Notes: a model not told the origin generated them from the sequence alone. A DNA stretch of 64,000 bases from an uncultured Candidatus Micrarchaeota archaeon (GCA_963714085.1 OY970229.1:672001-736000), one strand, 5' to 3'. Shown: positions 1-9,789, counted from the stretch's first letter. Numbers and translations: made by a program.

Positions 1-161
1 GCGATCGCGCATATGTCCAGTATCGGTCCGTTGAGGATCGTGTCGAATCCCGGGGAGCACACCTCGGTCCCTTCGATCGGCGGCGTAGCCGGTGGCACGG
101 CCGCGTGCAGGGCGCTTATCAGCAGGAGGAGGAACGCGAGGAGGAGGATGTGTTTCGCCAT
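1..161 (-). CDS. Partial membrane/secreted protein (3' end outside window), probably a fifth member of the CedA-like paralog array
   Basis: ATG at 161 abuts the TGA of the upstream ORF (162-164). Reads MAKHILLLAFLLLLISALHAAVPP...CSPGFDTILNGPILDICAIA: a signal peptide followed by a segment like the start of the 3283..4245 paralog. Confidence 0.7.
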   Translation of the reverse strand, partial: MAKHILLLAFLLLLISALHAAVPPATPPIEGTEVCSPGFDTILNGPILDICAI

Positions 162-1139
162 TCAGACCACCCTCGACAGCGCGCTCACGTCGACCTCCGC
201 TCCGGCGAGCGAGGTTATGGCCCTTATGCCAGCGCTCATCATGAGCACCGCGACGACGGGGCCCAGCGTGGCTTTCACGAATATCAGGTACATGTAGGAC
301 TTTATCGCGGTCCTGAGCGAATTGTACACTTTTATGGCGGCGTCCGAATTGCCGTCACCGACGTCGCCCGGCGTGCATGAGGGGCTGATGCCGCTCAGGC
401 TCCCGCTCCCGGGCTGGTAGCCGGCCGCGTCCGGGCTGGCCAGGAACGACTTGCCGAGTATGTCAACGAAGACTATGCCCATGGGCAGCAGGAGGTAGAG
501 GGAGATGGCCAGCGCGATGAGGAAGCCGCCCGCGCCGCGCGTGAACCTGAAGGTGCGCAGCACGATGCCCAGCGGCAGGATCAGGTTCAGCCCGTAATTG
601 ACCGCGATGTCTATCAGCCGGTAGGCCGCGTTCAGCTCGCCCAGCGCGAAGCCCATGATGGTGCCTGCCAGCGAGAACGGGCCCGCGAGCATGGAGAACC
701 CGCCGCATCCGGACACGGAGTATCCTATGCCCTGGAGGTTGCAGGAGAGCATCTGGGAGCCCTGTATGCCCGCGTTCTTGTCCACCGCGCGCACGTCGTC
801 ATATGCCGAGGACAAGTCGGTTATGGAGGTGTTCAGGCTGTCGAGGGCGGCCAGCTGCAGCGTGGGCGCTCCCTGGGTGAGGTCCGAATTCGTTGACAGC
901 CCGTCTATGAAACTGTTCGCGCCGTAGAAGACCGCGATCATGATGGCGAGCGCGATGAGCTGGTAGACCTCGTCCTTGGCCAGCGCGGTGAGGGCGTCGA
1001 CGCCGAAGCCGAACCCTATCATGTACACCACCGCGACCAGTATGAGGGATGTGAGGATGGCCAGGGCTGCCGTGTCCTGCCATGCGGCGAAGCTGGCGGA
1101 CACCAGCAGGAACAGCGCCAGCAATGCCTTTCCCTTCAT
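162..1139 (-). CDS. Multi-pass membrane protein, CedA/VirB6-like paralog
   Basis: Signal peptide and several TM segments; motifs LAKDEVYQL, GIVLRTFRFTRGAGGFLIA, LGPVVAVLM..G..AITSLAG shared with neighbours. The CDS is secure; the family call is an inference. Confidence 0.75.
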   Translation of the reverse strand: MKGKALLALFLLVSASFAAWQDTAALAILTSLILVAVVYMIGFGFGVDALTALAKDEVYQLIALAIMIAVFYGANSFIDGLSTNSDLTQGAPTLQLAALDSLNTSITDLSSAYDDVRAVDKNAGIQGSQMLSCNLQGIGYSVSGCGGFSMLAGPFSLAGTIMGFALGELNAAYRLIDIAVNYGLNLILPLGIVLRTFRFTRGAGGFLIALAISLYLLLPMGIVFVDILGKSFLASPDAAGYQPGSGSLSGISPSCTPGDVGDGNSDAAIKVYNSLRTAIKSYMYLIFVKATLGPVVAVLMMSAGIRAITSLAGAEVDVSALSRVV

Positions 1140-1148
1140 AATATCGCC

Positions 1149-3281
1149 TCAGAATATCCTTGACATGCCCGGGATCTCCACGTCCCCGCCAAGCATCTCG
1201 GAGAGGGACTTTATCACTATGAGCGTCGCTGCTATGTTCAGCAGCGGAAGCAGGTAGGCCGGCCCCATGAACTTGGCCACAGACTGTATCTCCTGCGCGC
1301 CGACCATGCCCTCGGCCCCTATCTGGGTATACGCGCCGGACGTCTTGGACGGCCCGCTGTCCGAAGGCGCGCACAGGTTCGTGCATTCGGTGTCTATCGG
1401 AGGGTTGTAGGTGTACGACTCCTGGCTGGTCGCGCACGTGTCGCATGAGCTGTAAGGCACCTGCACCCGATAATCCAGGGGGCAGCTCGTGGGGGAGCAG
1501 TCCTCGTGTATAACCCAAAAGTCGAAGTCAGTGAGGTATAGGGCCGGGAGGTTCGTGCCGATTATCCTCATATCCTCCGGGCAGGTGCTGCAATTGATGC
1601 TGTCCGTGGGGGCCTTCGCCTCTATGGCGGCCAGCGGCACCTTGCACGTGTCAGGGCATTGCTTGCACGAGACGCCGTCCTCGCTGTCATTGCTGCAGTA
1701 TTCCGGGAGTATCTTCGACATGTCGGACGTGCCGTTGTTCATCCTGCACTCCTCCGGGCATCCGGTGCACAGGTCGTCGCACGAGCCGAAATTGGGCATC
1801 ACCCAGACGCAGCTCTGGTTCGCGTCCAGGCTCGCGATGCAGTCCTTGGGATACGTGTTGCAGCGGCTGGCGTTCGCGACGCTCGGGTCCACGGAGGGCC
1901 TCCAACTCAGGTCGCTCACCTCCGCCACCCTGCAGTCGAACCTCGACTGCAGGCAGTTGCCTCCTGACTTGTTCCCGTTATTGGCGTTCAGATCGCAGTC
2001 GCTCCTCAGCGGCGGGACTATCTTGCACTCGCTGGGGCATGCGGCCGCCTCGGTGGTGTTGATATGCACGATTATGCGGGTCACCTTGCATTCCGCTGGA
2101 AGCGCCGCGCATGCGAACTGCTGGGTGTAGTTCGCGCACAGGTTGGAGCCTGCCGGGTAGGGAAGATCCCTGCAGGAGCGGTCGCAAGCAATGTCACACT
2201 GACCGTTTCCTCCGCAGCTCGGATCGGTTATATGCACGGTCCAGTTCTCGCAGGAGGTCACGTTTACGCCGGAGTTGTTGAGCATGGAGTGGGTGTTGCC
2301 GAGTATGAGGTCCCTGACGGCGTCTGTCTGCGAGTCGTCGAACAGGGCGTATACCTGCGTGGTGGTGTTCAGGGCCACCGTCTCGCCGCCCTGCTTGTAA
2401 AAGGCGATCGGAGCCACGTAGCTGCATTCCGCTGGGCAGAAGCTGGGGAGCGTACTGCTCGCGTCCCCGGTTATCGTCATGTCGAGGCTCATCCAGTCGA
2501 AGATGTACATGGCCGGGAAGAAGAACATCACTCCCACGGCGATTGCTATGAGGAGGCCGCCTACCTTGCGCGATATGAAGAACGACCGCGCCACTATGCC
2601 CAGCGCGAGAAGGAGCGGCGCGACCTTGAAGCATATCTCGCTCACGAAGAATACCTGGGAGTATAGCGAGGACAGCACGCCCTGGTAGTACTCGAAGACC
2701 AGGCCGTACCTGTCGGCATCCAGTATGTAATTGGCCCAGAGCGACCATGTCACCCCGGCCTCCGCGCACCATACCGAGTAGCAGTAGATCCCGAAGCGCC
2801 TGTTCGCCCAAGCGGTGGCCACCAGGTCCTGGTGCAGCACGTTCTTCGCACCGTCCTGCGCGATTCCTATGTAGTCGCTCAGGTAGGCGTTCGCGGTCTT
2901 GTTCAGGCAGTTCTCGCCGGGGACGCAGTGGAGGCCTCCTATGCCGGAGGCGTTCACCATGGTCATGGTCGTGACATCCATGAGCGCGACTACGCCTATG
3001 AGCGCGATCACGATGATCGCGTTCGCGAACACCTGGCCAAGCTCGCTCCTAGCCCAGGCCTGCATCTCGGGCAGCTCGAATCCTATACCCACCATGTAGC
3101 CGATGCCCACGAGCACGGTGGATAACACGAGGGCGATCACCGAGATGGACTGCCAGTTGTTGAACAGCTCGAACGCGGAGCTGGACGGAGCCTGCTGCAC
3201 GACCTGGGTGACGTTCTGGGCGAGCGCCGTGGCTGATAGCAGCAGAAGGACGATCGCCAGCGTGAGTCTGTGCTTCATCAT
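1149..3281 (-). CDS. Multi-pass membrane protein, CedA-like paralog with a ~350-aa cysteine-rich insertion
   Basis: WARSELGQ, ARSFFISRKVGGLLIA and LSEMLGGDVEIPGMSRIF motifs; repeated CPxEC-type units in the middle. Confidence 0.75.
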   Translation of the reverse strand: MMKHRLTLAIVLLLLSATALAQNVTQVVQQAPSSSAFELFNNWQSISVIALVLSTVLVGIGYMVGIGFELPEMQAWARSELGQVFANAIIVIALIGVVALMDVTTMTMVNASGIGGLHCVPGENCLNKTANAYLSDYIGIAQDGAKNVLHQDLVATAWANRRFGIYCYSVWCAEAGVTWSLWANYILDADRYGLVFEYYQGVLSSLYSQVFFVSEICFKVAPLLLALGIVARSFFISRKVGGLLIAIAVGVMFFFPAMYIFDWMSLDMTITGDASSTLPSFCPAECSYVAPIAFYKQGGETVALNTTTQVYALFDDSQTDAVRDLILGNTHSMLNNSGVNVTSCENWTVHITDPSCGGNGQCDIACDRSCRDLPYPAGSNLCANYTQQFACAALPAECKVTRIIVHINTTEAAACPSECKIVPPLRSDCDLNANNGNKSGGNCLQSRFDCRVAEVSDLSWRPSVDPSVANASRCNTYPKDCIASLDANQSCVWVMPNFGSCDDLCTGCPEECRMNNGTSDMSKILPEYCSNDSEDGVSCKQCPDTCKVPLAAIEAKAPTDSINCSTCPEDMRIIGTNLPALYLTDFDFWVIHEDCSPTSCPLDYRVQVPYSSCDTCATSQESYTYNPPIDTECTNLCAPSDSGPSKTSGAYTQIGAEGMVGAQEIQSVAKFMGPAYLLPLLNIAATLIVIKSLSEMLGGDVEIPGMSRIF

Positions 3282-3282
3282 G

Positions 3283-4245
3283 TCACCCTAGTGCCCGCAA
3301 TGCTTTGTTAGTTGCAGCGATGAAGGTTATGAACATTGCCATTGTGAGGTTCGGCAGGAAGAACGCCTGCGGTATCAGCCTCCCCACGTTCCAGAACCCG
3401 TAGGTGGCGCAGCCCGGGCCGAACACGAAATCGTTGACGCCGGCGGCGAACGTGCTGCAGTTCTGGCCCATTATGTCGTACATGGACAGGTTGAACGCGT
3501 ACATGAAGGGCACGAGCACGTAGAGCCCCACAGCCACGGCGATGAGCATGTTGCCCATGTTGCGGAAGGGGGGTATCACCCTGAAGAGGAACGCTATGGG
3601 CAGCACCCAGGTTATCACGTTGCTGTTTATGAATTCCAGGACCATCTTCTGCATGTTGATGCTGATGAGCGCGGGCAGCACGAAGCTGTTCATCACCATG
3701 TCGTACTGCTGGGCATGCACCTTGAGGTAGCTGTCCGCCACCGCGGTGTACGCGTCCATCAAGGGAATCTGGACCGTGAATGCGAATGTGGACTGCATCA
3801 TGAGCTGTATGTTCTGGTTGATGTAGTACTGGGCGATGTTGTCCGCGTCGTCCTGCGCCATTTTGATGTAGCACATGGAGGTCGCGTTCATGTTGCCTTG
3901 CACGTAGCACGAGAGGGTCCCCATCTTGGACATTGTGGAATCGAAGAAATAGTTCATGGTCTGGCAGGAGACGAGCAGTATGCCGGAGAAGCCGATGAGC
4001 AGCAGGATCGAGAAGAACAGATGGTAGAGCTCGTCCTTTGCCAGCACGGTGAGCCCGGAGTTGCTCGTGATGCTGCCGCCCGCGTACGCGACCGCGATTA
4101 TCATCACCGTCAGGCTGAATGCCGCGACTATCGCCGCCCCCTGGCCGTTCACCGGATCCAGTATCGCCTGGGTGGCATTGCCTATGCAGGACGATGCGGA
4201 GAACACCGCGGGCATCAGGAGAAGGAGCAGCAGCAGGCGCCTCAT
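3283..4245 (-). CDS. Multi-pass membrane protein, CedA-like paralog
   Basis: Likely start MRRLLLL at 4245 (TGATG overlap with the upstream stop); LAKDELYHL and FRVIPPFRNMGNMLIA motifs. Confidence 0.75.
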   Translation of the reverse strand: MRRLLLLLLLMPAVFSASSCIGNATQAILDPVNGQGAAIVAAFSLTVMIIAVAYAGGSITSNSGLTVLAKDELYHLFFSILLLIGFSGILLVSCQTMNYFFDSTMSKMGTLSCYVQGNMNATSMCYIKMAQDDADNIAQYYINQNIQLMMQSTFAFTVQIPLMDAYTAVADSYLKVHAQQYDMVMNSFVLPALISINMQKMVLEFINSNVITWVLPIAFLFRVIPPFRNMGNMLIAVAVGLYVLVPFMYAFNLSMYDIMGQNCSTFAAGVNDFVFGPGCATYGFWNVGRLIPQAFFLPNLTMAMFITFIAATNKALRALG

Positions 4246-5450
4246 CACACAAACCTCTGTATCCCGGCTAGATACCATTCGCCGCCGAGCGCAGTCGAGA
4301 TGCTGCGCGCCCCGGACATGGTTATTATCGCTATCACTATGGTGTCGAGGTAGCTGAGCAGGATGGCGTTGTTAACGTTGCTCAGGAAGGTCACGAGCAC
4401 TCCGAACGCCTGGTCAGTGTAGCCGACGCCCTCCCCGGCGAACGCGATCCAGGCCCCGAGGGCGGTGTCGTAGCTGACCTGCAGGCCTATCATGAGGAGG
4501 GGGTATACGACGTACTGCACCAGGTCCTGGCATGGCAGGAAGAATCCGGCTGTCCAGGGGGTCAGAAGGAGCGGCAGGCACACCACTATGGAGAAGAGGA
4601 GGTCGTTGAGCGAGAGGAGCACGCGTATGGGCATGAGCTCGCAGAACGGCTGCGCCACGGTCATCGCCCACGTGCCCGGGTCCAGCTGGTCCAGCTGGGA
4701 GCTGGTCAGGTATGCCTTCGGATAGTCGATGACCTTGTTCGTCTCTCCGATCAGGATGACCGAGAACGGCACGAGCACCATGCCCGCGAGGCAGATGGCG
4801 ACCAGCGTGTTCCCGGTTTTCCGCGTGAACGGGATCATGCGGAGGGAGAGCGAGACGGGCAGCAGCACCGCGGGCACGGCAGTGGCGCAGAATTTGAGGA
4901 TGAACAGCAGGCCCTCGTAGATGAAGATGCTGTTCGCGATGCCGCTGGTCGCTGAGGTGAGCGAGGAGAAAAGCGGGGCCACGCCGCCCAGCGGGGACGT
5001 CGAGTATGTCAGGCCCACTACGTACAGGGGGACGCTGATGTATGGGGAATACGTCGCAGCGGCCCTTATCTTGGTCGCGGCCCTTATGATGTCGTCGAAC
5101 GACCGGTCCAACCCGGTCGTCTGGTTAGTCATGAGGTTGGTTATGACGTCCTGCGAAGCGGTCAGGTAATCTCCCTGACCGGTTATCGCCTTCGTCAGGC
5201 TCGTGGAGCCCACGAAGAACGCGTATATGAGCGCCGCGAGTATCACGCCGGCGATGAGCTCCCGGAGCTCGTTCTTGGACCAGGCCTCCAGCTGGGGCGA
5301 TGAGACCGCGGTGGAGAGCATCATCATCAGTGCGAGGAATATGGCCACCAGCACGGCCGTGATCGGCACTATTGACGTGAAGTCGGGGCCGGATGCGAAT
5401 GAGAGTCCGAGCACGATTAGCAATAGCAATAGGTGCCTGAACGGACGCAT
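4245..5450 (-). CDS. Multi-pass membrane protein, CedA-like paralog (first gene of operon)
   Basis: Signal peptide; WSKNELREL, LRMIPFTRKTGNTLVA and ISTALGGEWYLAGIQRFV motifs. Confidence 0.75.
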   Translation of the reverse strand: MRPFRHLLLLLIVLGLSFASGPDFTSIVPITAVLVAIFLALMMMLSTAVSSPQLEAWSKNELRELIAGVILAALIYAFFVGSTSLTKAITGQGDYLTASQDVITNLMTNQTTGLDRSFDDIIRAATKIRAAATYSPYISVPLYVVGLTYSTSPLGGVAPLFSSLTSATSGIANSIFIYEGLLFILKFCATAVPAVLLPVSLSLRMIPFTRKTGNTLVAICLAGMVLVPFSVILIGETNKVIDYPKAYLTSSQLDQLDPGTWAMTVAQPFCELMPIRVLLSLNDLLFSIVVCLPLLLTPWTAGFFLPCQDLVQYVVYPLLMIGLQVSYDTALGAWIAFAGEGVGYTDQAFGVLVTFLSNVNNAILLSYLDTIVIAIITMSGARSISTALGGEWYLAGIQRFV

Positions 5451-5500
5451 GCTAACATCTCCATGGTAATGATTAAAATGCTTGTTCCTGATAGTTCATT

Positions 5501-8500
5501 ATGCGGACGAGACTGCTTTTTGTGGCATTGCTGGTTTTAGTAGCGCTGATGGCCCGGCCGATCATGGCCGACTGCACGATCCCTGGCACCGACTGCCCGG
5601 CGTGCAGCGAGACGAACGGCGTGCCCCAGGCGCAGATGTTCCTCAAGGTGAATTCCGCGAATGAGTCGCTCGTCGGCACCTTTTTCTACGAGAACATCTC
5701 CGACGAGGCGAATCCCAGGCCGCTGCTCGTGGACGCGCCCGTGATAGTGGAGATGTACAACAACACCGTAGACAAGACATACCGCATATACACGGACGCG
5801 AACGGCAAGGCGGTGTTCGACTTCTCGGCGTACGCAGGAGCATGCATGAACTTCAAGGTCATGTACTGCCCCTTCGCATGCACCACCGGTCCCTCAAAGT
5901 CGGACTGCGGGTTCCAGAACTGCCTCAATTACTCCGGCATACCGTGCAGCCCGGGCACGTGCCTGGCCTCATGCACAGCAGGGAGCGTATTGGACGCCCC
6001 TAACATCCAAGCTCCGCAGACCCCGCAGTGCTACATCCTGCTACCGACCATGGACACCGCGAGCTACTGCCCGCCGCCGCCCCCGATCAGCAGCGTGCCG
6101 GCGATATGCTTCCCGCTGCTGCTCATATTCGCTGTGCTCGGAGGCGGGCTTTTCCTCAGCGGGAAGAATCCGTTCGGGGGCTTCGACTTCACCACTCCGA
6201 GGACCGGGAAGCACATAAGGTACGAGGCCAAAGGCAGGGGGCTCGGGGTGAGCGCGCCGAACGTAGTCACCCAGAAGATACACGAAACCGGAAACAAGCT
6301 CGCGACAGCCGGCGCGAAGAAATTAGCTGGCGGAGCCGCTTCACTGATGGCAGGAGGCGGCAAAAAGGGAGCGGCCGCATCCGCGTCTGTCGCAGGACAC
6401 ATAGAAATGAAGCAAGCAGGAGGACAGAGAGGAGGCGGCATGGTCACGATGGCCGGCGGCAGGACGATGGCGACGGGAAGCCCTGCTGAAAGGTTTGGCG
6501 GTTTCGGGAAGGTCCTGGGCCTTGTCGGTTATGGGATCAAGGGGACTGTACAGGCCATAAGCGGGAATACCACCGGCGCGAAAGCCACATTCATGAAAAG
6601 CTCGATGATATCCCAGAGCGTGGGCGGCATCAAGAGCATGGTTAATACCAACAGGGCCGTGAATAAGGCTATGGCGAATGCCGCTTCGGCCAACCCCATC
6701 GTCTACACTCCGGTGGCATGGGCGATGCTCATCTCAACGCTGAAGAACGCCCAGGACGTGAATGATGGGAAGAAAACCCAGGCCGGATTGGGCTCGATCG
6801 TATCCCAGCTCATGAATGTCAAAAAAGGGAAGGCAGGCGCCAAGACAACCATAGATAATTCCAAGACAGTGACGGTGAAAGAAAACCCCGCGGATCCAAA
6901 TAGCAAGAATGTGAACAAGGTCGTATACGAGATGACAGTAGGGGGCAAAAAGGTGGTGGCGACGCTCGATGAGGCCTCCCTGCGCCTCGGCAAATTCAAC
7001 GGGACTGTGACTGTCGGAAACAAGACAGTCAATATAGAAGAAGGCAAGGTTGTAAGCGGCTGGAACGAGCTGGGCGGCAAGGACAGGAACGCGGTGACAG
7101 ACAGGGTCAGCATCAGCGAGGTCAGGCAGCTGGTGGATGGGGATAAGACCGCCAAAAAAGAGCTCGAGAAAACTGGCACGACCACGGTCACGCTGGGCAG
7201 TGGAGAGACGATAAAGGTCTCGGTCGCTGCCGATAAGGAAGGCAAGTTCAGCGCATCCGCGATCAGCGATGAGAAAGGCACCAAGGGCAGTTTCACCATA
7301 ACGACCTCGGATGAGCGGGTGACCTTCGTCAAAGACGGCAAACCCACGACGCCTATTGGCGAGAGACTCGACATGACCGAGATCACGGGCAAGCTGAGGA
7401 GCGAGGGCGCCATGAGCGATATCGCGGAATCCGGCAAGACCACGATCAAGCTGGAAAGCGGGGAGAAGGTGACGGTCATAGCCGCGGATGTCGCTTCCCT
7501 GGATAGCGGCAAGTTCAGCATAAAGACAGACGATGACAAGATAGTGGTGGTCGATACCAGCAAGAAGGATCCGAACACTGGCAAGCCGGATCCAATCGTA
7601 TCCGTGGGCACGTCCATAACCGGAGCCAGTGATCTGGCCGCGACCGGGAAGGAGTTGGGCATGCCTGCCATCACCGCCACGCTCACTGCTGCGGTGACCA
7701 TGGAAAGCAGGTTCAGCTCAAACGAGTACGGCGGCGCGGTCACGGTGGTGACGAACCCGCTCGGCTCGCCGGACGACTATACGGTCATAAGGCCCCGAGA
7801 CAATGACGACTTGAAAGGCGTGGCGTTCGAGGTCGTTGATGGGAAGGTCAAGACGATAACCGACAATAGCACCGGCGAGTCCCTGAAGGCAGACAGCACG
7901 ACCGGGATCAAGGTGGGCTCGGGCGCACCCGGATACATACCGGACAAGGTGGCCGCACTCGGCGCATCCGTGGTGCAGGTGCAGATGGCGGGCCAGGACC
8001 TGGCGAACGATACCATGAGACTCGAAAAGTCGCTCCACGACATCCGCGTGACCGACTCCGTGAGCAGCGCCAACGGAGGGGCACCGGAAGAGGTGAGGGA
8101 TTACCTCAGCGAGCACCCCGAGGTGCACGCGACGATTATCCAGCAAGCGCACGAGGATGCGATAGAGACAATGGCGAGGAAGGATTATCCGGAAAAGGCG
8201 GATGAATTCAGGGCAGCGAACCAGCAGTTTGAGAAGGACAGGCAGACCATGGGTTCTGAGGCGGCATACGACAAGGATCTGAAGCCGGTCACGGAAAAGC
8301 CATTCGAAGAGTTTGCAGCGAGGTCCGTCAGGGAAGAGACAAGCTCGCAGGGAGCGAGATACGCCGAACTCGTCAACAAGCCGGAGATCAGCGAGGGCCT
8401 CAGTTACGATGAGATCGCGAAAATGAAGGCGGATACGAAGCCGTATGGTGCGGCGATGGCAGCGGCCGCGGCGACCGAGCTCCAGTCCGGAGCCAGGAGC

Positions 8501-8902
8501 GATACCGAGGTGCGGATCCACGAGATAGGCGTATACGCGCAGGCAGAAGCCAAAAACACGGGCCCGACCGAGCCGCAGAAAGGGGTGGACATGCTCAACT
8601 CCGCGATAGCGAGTCTCCAAAAGGAGGAACAAGAAAGGAAACCTCCCGAAGCTGCCGAAGCAACGGCCCGGCAGGCAGTCGTACCGGTCAGGACAGGCGG
8701 CGGGGGATCCGAACCGCCATCCAAACCCGAGACCCCGGCCGTCAGCGAACCCGTCAAACCAGAGGCGCCGGAAGAAACGAAGCGGGCCAAACGTGAAGAG
8801 ACAGTGACCCCCAGCGAACCCGTCAAAGTCGAGAAGCCCGAGGAGCGGGAAGCAGAGGAAACCACGAAGCCCAGGAAGAGGGGCGGCAAGAAGGAATCCT
8901 GA
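5501..8902 (+). CDS. Large hypothetical membrane-anchored protein (1133 aa): signal peptide, Cys-rich ectodomain, TM helix, long Gly/Lys/Thr-rich region
   Basis: Long ORF with N-terminal hydrophobic signal, Cys-rich N-domain, PPPPP linker, TM (ICFPLLLIFAVLGGGLFLS) and a Pro/Glu/Lys-rich tail. Confidence 0.85.
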   Translation: MRTRLLFVALLVLVALMARPIMADCTIPGTDCPACSETNGVPQAQMFLKVNSANESLVGTFFYENISDEANPRPLLVDAPVIVEMYNNTVDKTYRIYTDANGKAVFDFSAYAGACMNFKVMYCPFACTTGPSKSDCGFQNCLNYSGIPCSPGTCLASCTAGSVLDAPNIQAPQTPQCYILLPTMDTASYCPPPPPISSVPAICFPLLLIFAVLGGGLFLSGKNPFGGFDFTTPRTGKHIRYEAKGRGLGVSAPNVVTQKIHETGNKLATAGAKKLAGGAASLMAGGGKKGAAASASVAGHIEMKQAGGQRGGGMVTMAGGRTMATGSPAERFGGFGKVLGLVGYGIKGTVQAISGNTTGAKATFMKSSMISQSVGGIKSMVNTNRAVNKAMANAASANPIVYTPVAWAMLISTLKNAQDVNDGKKTQAGLGSIVSQLMNVKKGKAGAKTTIDNSKTVTVKENPADPNSKNVNKVVYEMTVGGKKVVATLDEASLRLGKFNGTVTVGNKTVNIEEGKVVSGWNELGGKDRNAVTDRVSISEVRQLVDGDKTAKKELEKTGTTTVTLGSGETIKVSVAADKEGKFSASAISDEKGTKGSFTITTSDERVTFVKDGKPTTPIGERLDMTEITGKLRSEGAMSDIAESGKTTIKLESGEKVTVIAADVASLDSGKFSIKTDDDKIVVVDTSKKDPNTGKPDPIVSVGTSITGASDLAATGKELGMPAITATLTAAVTMESRFSSNEYGGAVTVVTNPLGSPDDYTVIRPRDNDDLKGVAFEVVDGKVKTITDNSTGESLKADSTTGIKVGSGAPGYIPDKVAALGASVVQVQMAGQDLANDTMRLEKSLHDIRVTDSVSSANGGAPEEVRDYLSEHPEVHATIIQQAHEDAIETMARKDYPEKADEFRAANQQFEKDRQTMGSEAAYDKDLKPVTEKPFEEFAARSVREETSSQGARYAELVNKPEISEGLSYDEIAKMKADTKPYGAAMAAAAATELQSGARSDTEVRIHEIGVYAQAEAKNTGPTEPQKGVDMLNSAIASLQKEEQERKPPEAAEATARQAVVPVRTGGGGSEPPSKPETPAVSEPVKPEAPEETKRAKREETVTPSEPVKVEKPEEREAEETTKPRKRGGKKES

Positions 8903-9234
8903 TGCTCTCCCATGAAAGCGGCGCCAAAGGCACCAAACCCATCAAGCGCCTCGAGAACCTGCTCACGTTCGGCAACCTCTGGCTCTACATCCTCTCGCTA
9001 ATAAAGAGGAAAGGCAGGGCTTACGCCTACATGCTCGACTCCGGCATCGAGAAGGAGTTCGCGTTCAAGCCTTCCAAGGTCATGGTCTACATAGTGCTCT
9101 ACAAACTCGAGAACGAGGGCCTCATAAAGTCCGAGTTCGAGGAGCGCAGGAAGTACTACAGCATGACGAAGAAGGGCGACGGCACCCTCAAGGCGGCGAG
9201 GCAGTATTTCAAGGTCCTTGCAAGCAAACTGTGA
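8902..9234 (+). CDS. PadR-family winged-helix transcriptional regulator
   Basis: LWLYILSL...YAY...PS..MVYIVLYKLENEGLI...RRKYYSMTKKG matches the PadR pattern. Confidence 0.85.
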   Translation: MLSHESGAKGTKPIKRLENLLTFGNLWLYILSLIKRKGRAYAYMLDSGIEKEFAFKPSKVMVYIVLYKLENEGLIKSEFEERRKYYSMTKKGDGTLKAARQYFKVLASKL

Positions 9235-9240
9235 CCTAAG

Positions 9241-9789
9241 ATGCGGATCATCATAACTGGAACCCCAGGTACCGGCAAGACCAGGATCAGCCGGATGCTC
9301 GCCAAGAGGATGAGGCTCCCGCTCGTCGAGATAAAGGAATTCGTGAACGATAACCGTATCTTCAGGATGGAGAAGGGTGAGAAGACGGTCGATGTAGGAA
9401 AGCTGAGGAGAAAGCTCCTTCCGCGTTTGACCGGCCTCGGGCGGGCAGGCGGCTACGTGGTGGAAGGCCACCTCGCCTGCGAGATGAAGCTGCCTGCGGA
9501 TTTCGTCTTCGTGCTCCGGACCCACCCTAAAAAGCTCAGGCAAAGGCTCGCACCGAGGCGTTATAGCAGGAAGAAAATAGACGAAAACCTCGAAGCCGAG
9601 ATGCTCGATTACTGCGTGCAGAGGGTGGAGTCGGTCTACGGCATAAGACCGCTCGAGCTCGACACCACGGAGCGCACGGCCCTGGTTTCCGCGCAGGTTA
9701 TGCTAAAAGCCGTGAAGGCAAAGAAAAAAAAGCTTGACGCACCAGATTACTCATCGGAACTGGAATCCTTCCTGGGGCTACGATCATGA
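9241..9789 (+). CDS. Archaeal adenylate kinase (AK6/Fap7-like)
   Basis: IIITGTPGTGKT P-loop, VVEGH motif, L..R.YSRKKIDENLEAE. Confidence 0.9.
   Translation: MRIIITGTPGTGKTRISRMLAKRMRLPLVEIKEFVNDNRIFRMEKGEKTVDVGKLRRKLLPRLTGLGRAGGYVVEGHLACEMKLPADFVFVLRTHPKKLRQRLAPRRYSRKKIDENLEAEMLDYCVQRVESVYGIRPLELDTTERTALVSAQVMLKAVKAKKKKLDAPDYSSELESFLGLRS

Noticed and set aside
1..8902. Provirus or conjugative element interpretation of the membrane-protein cluster
   Set aside because: No integrase, relaxase, capsid, terminase or att repeats are visible, and the 1133-aa gene runs directly into housekeeping genes.
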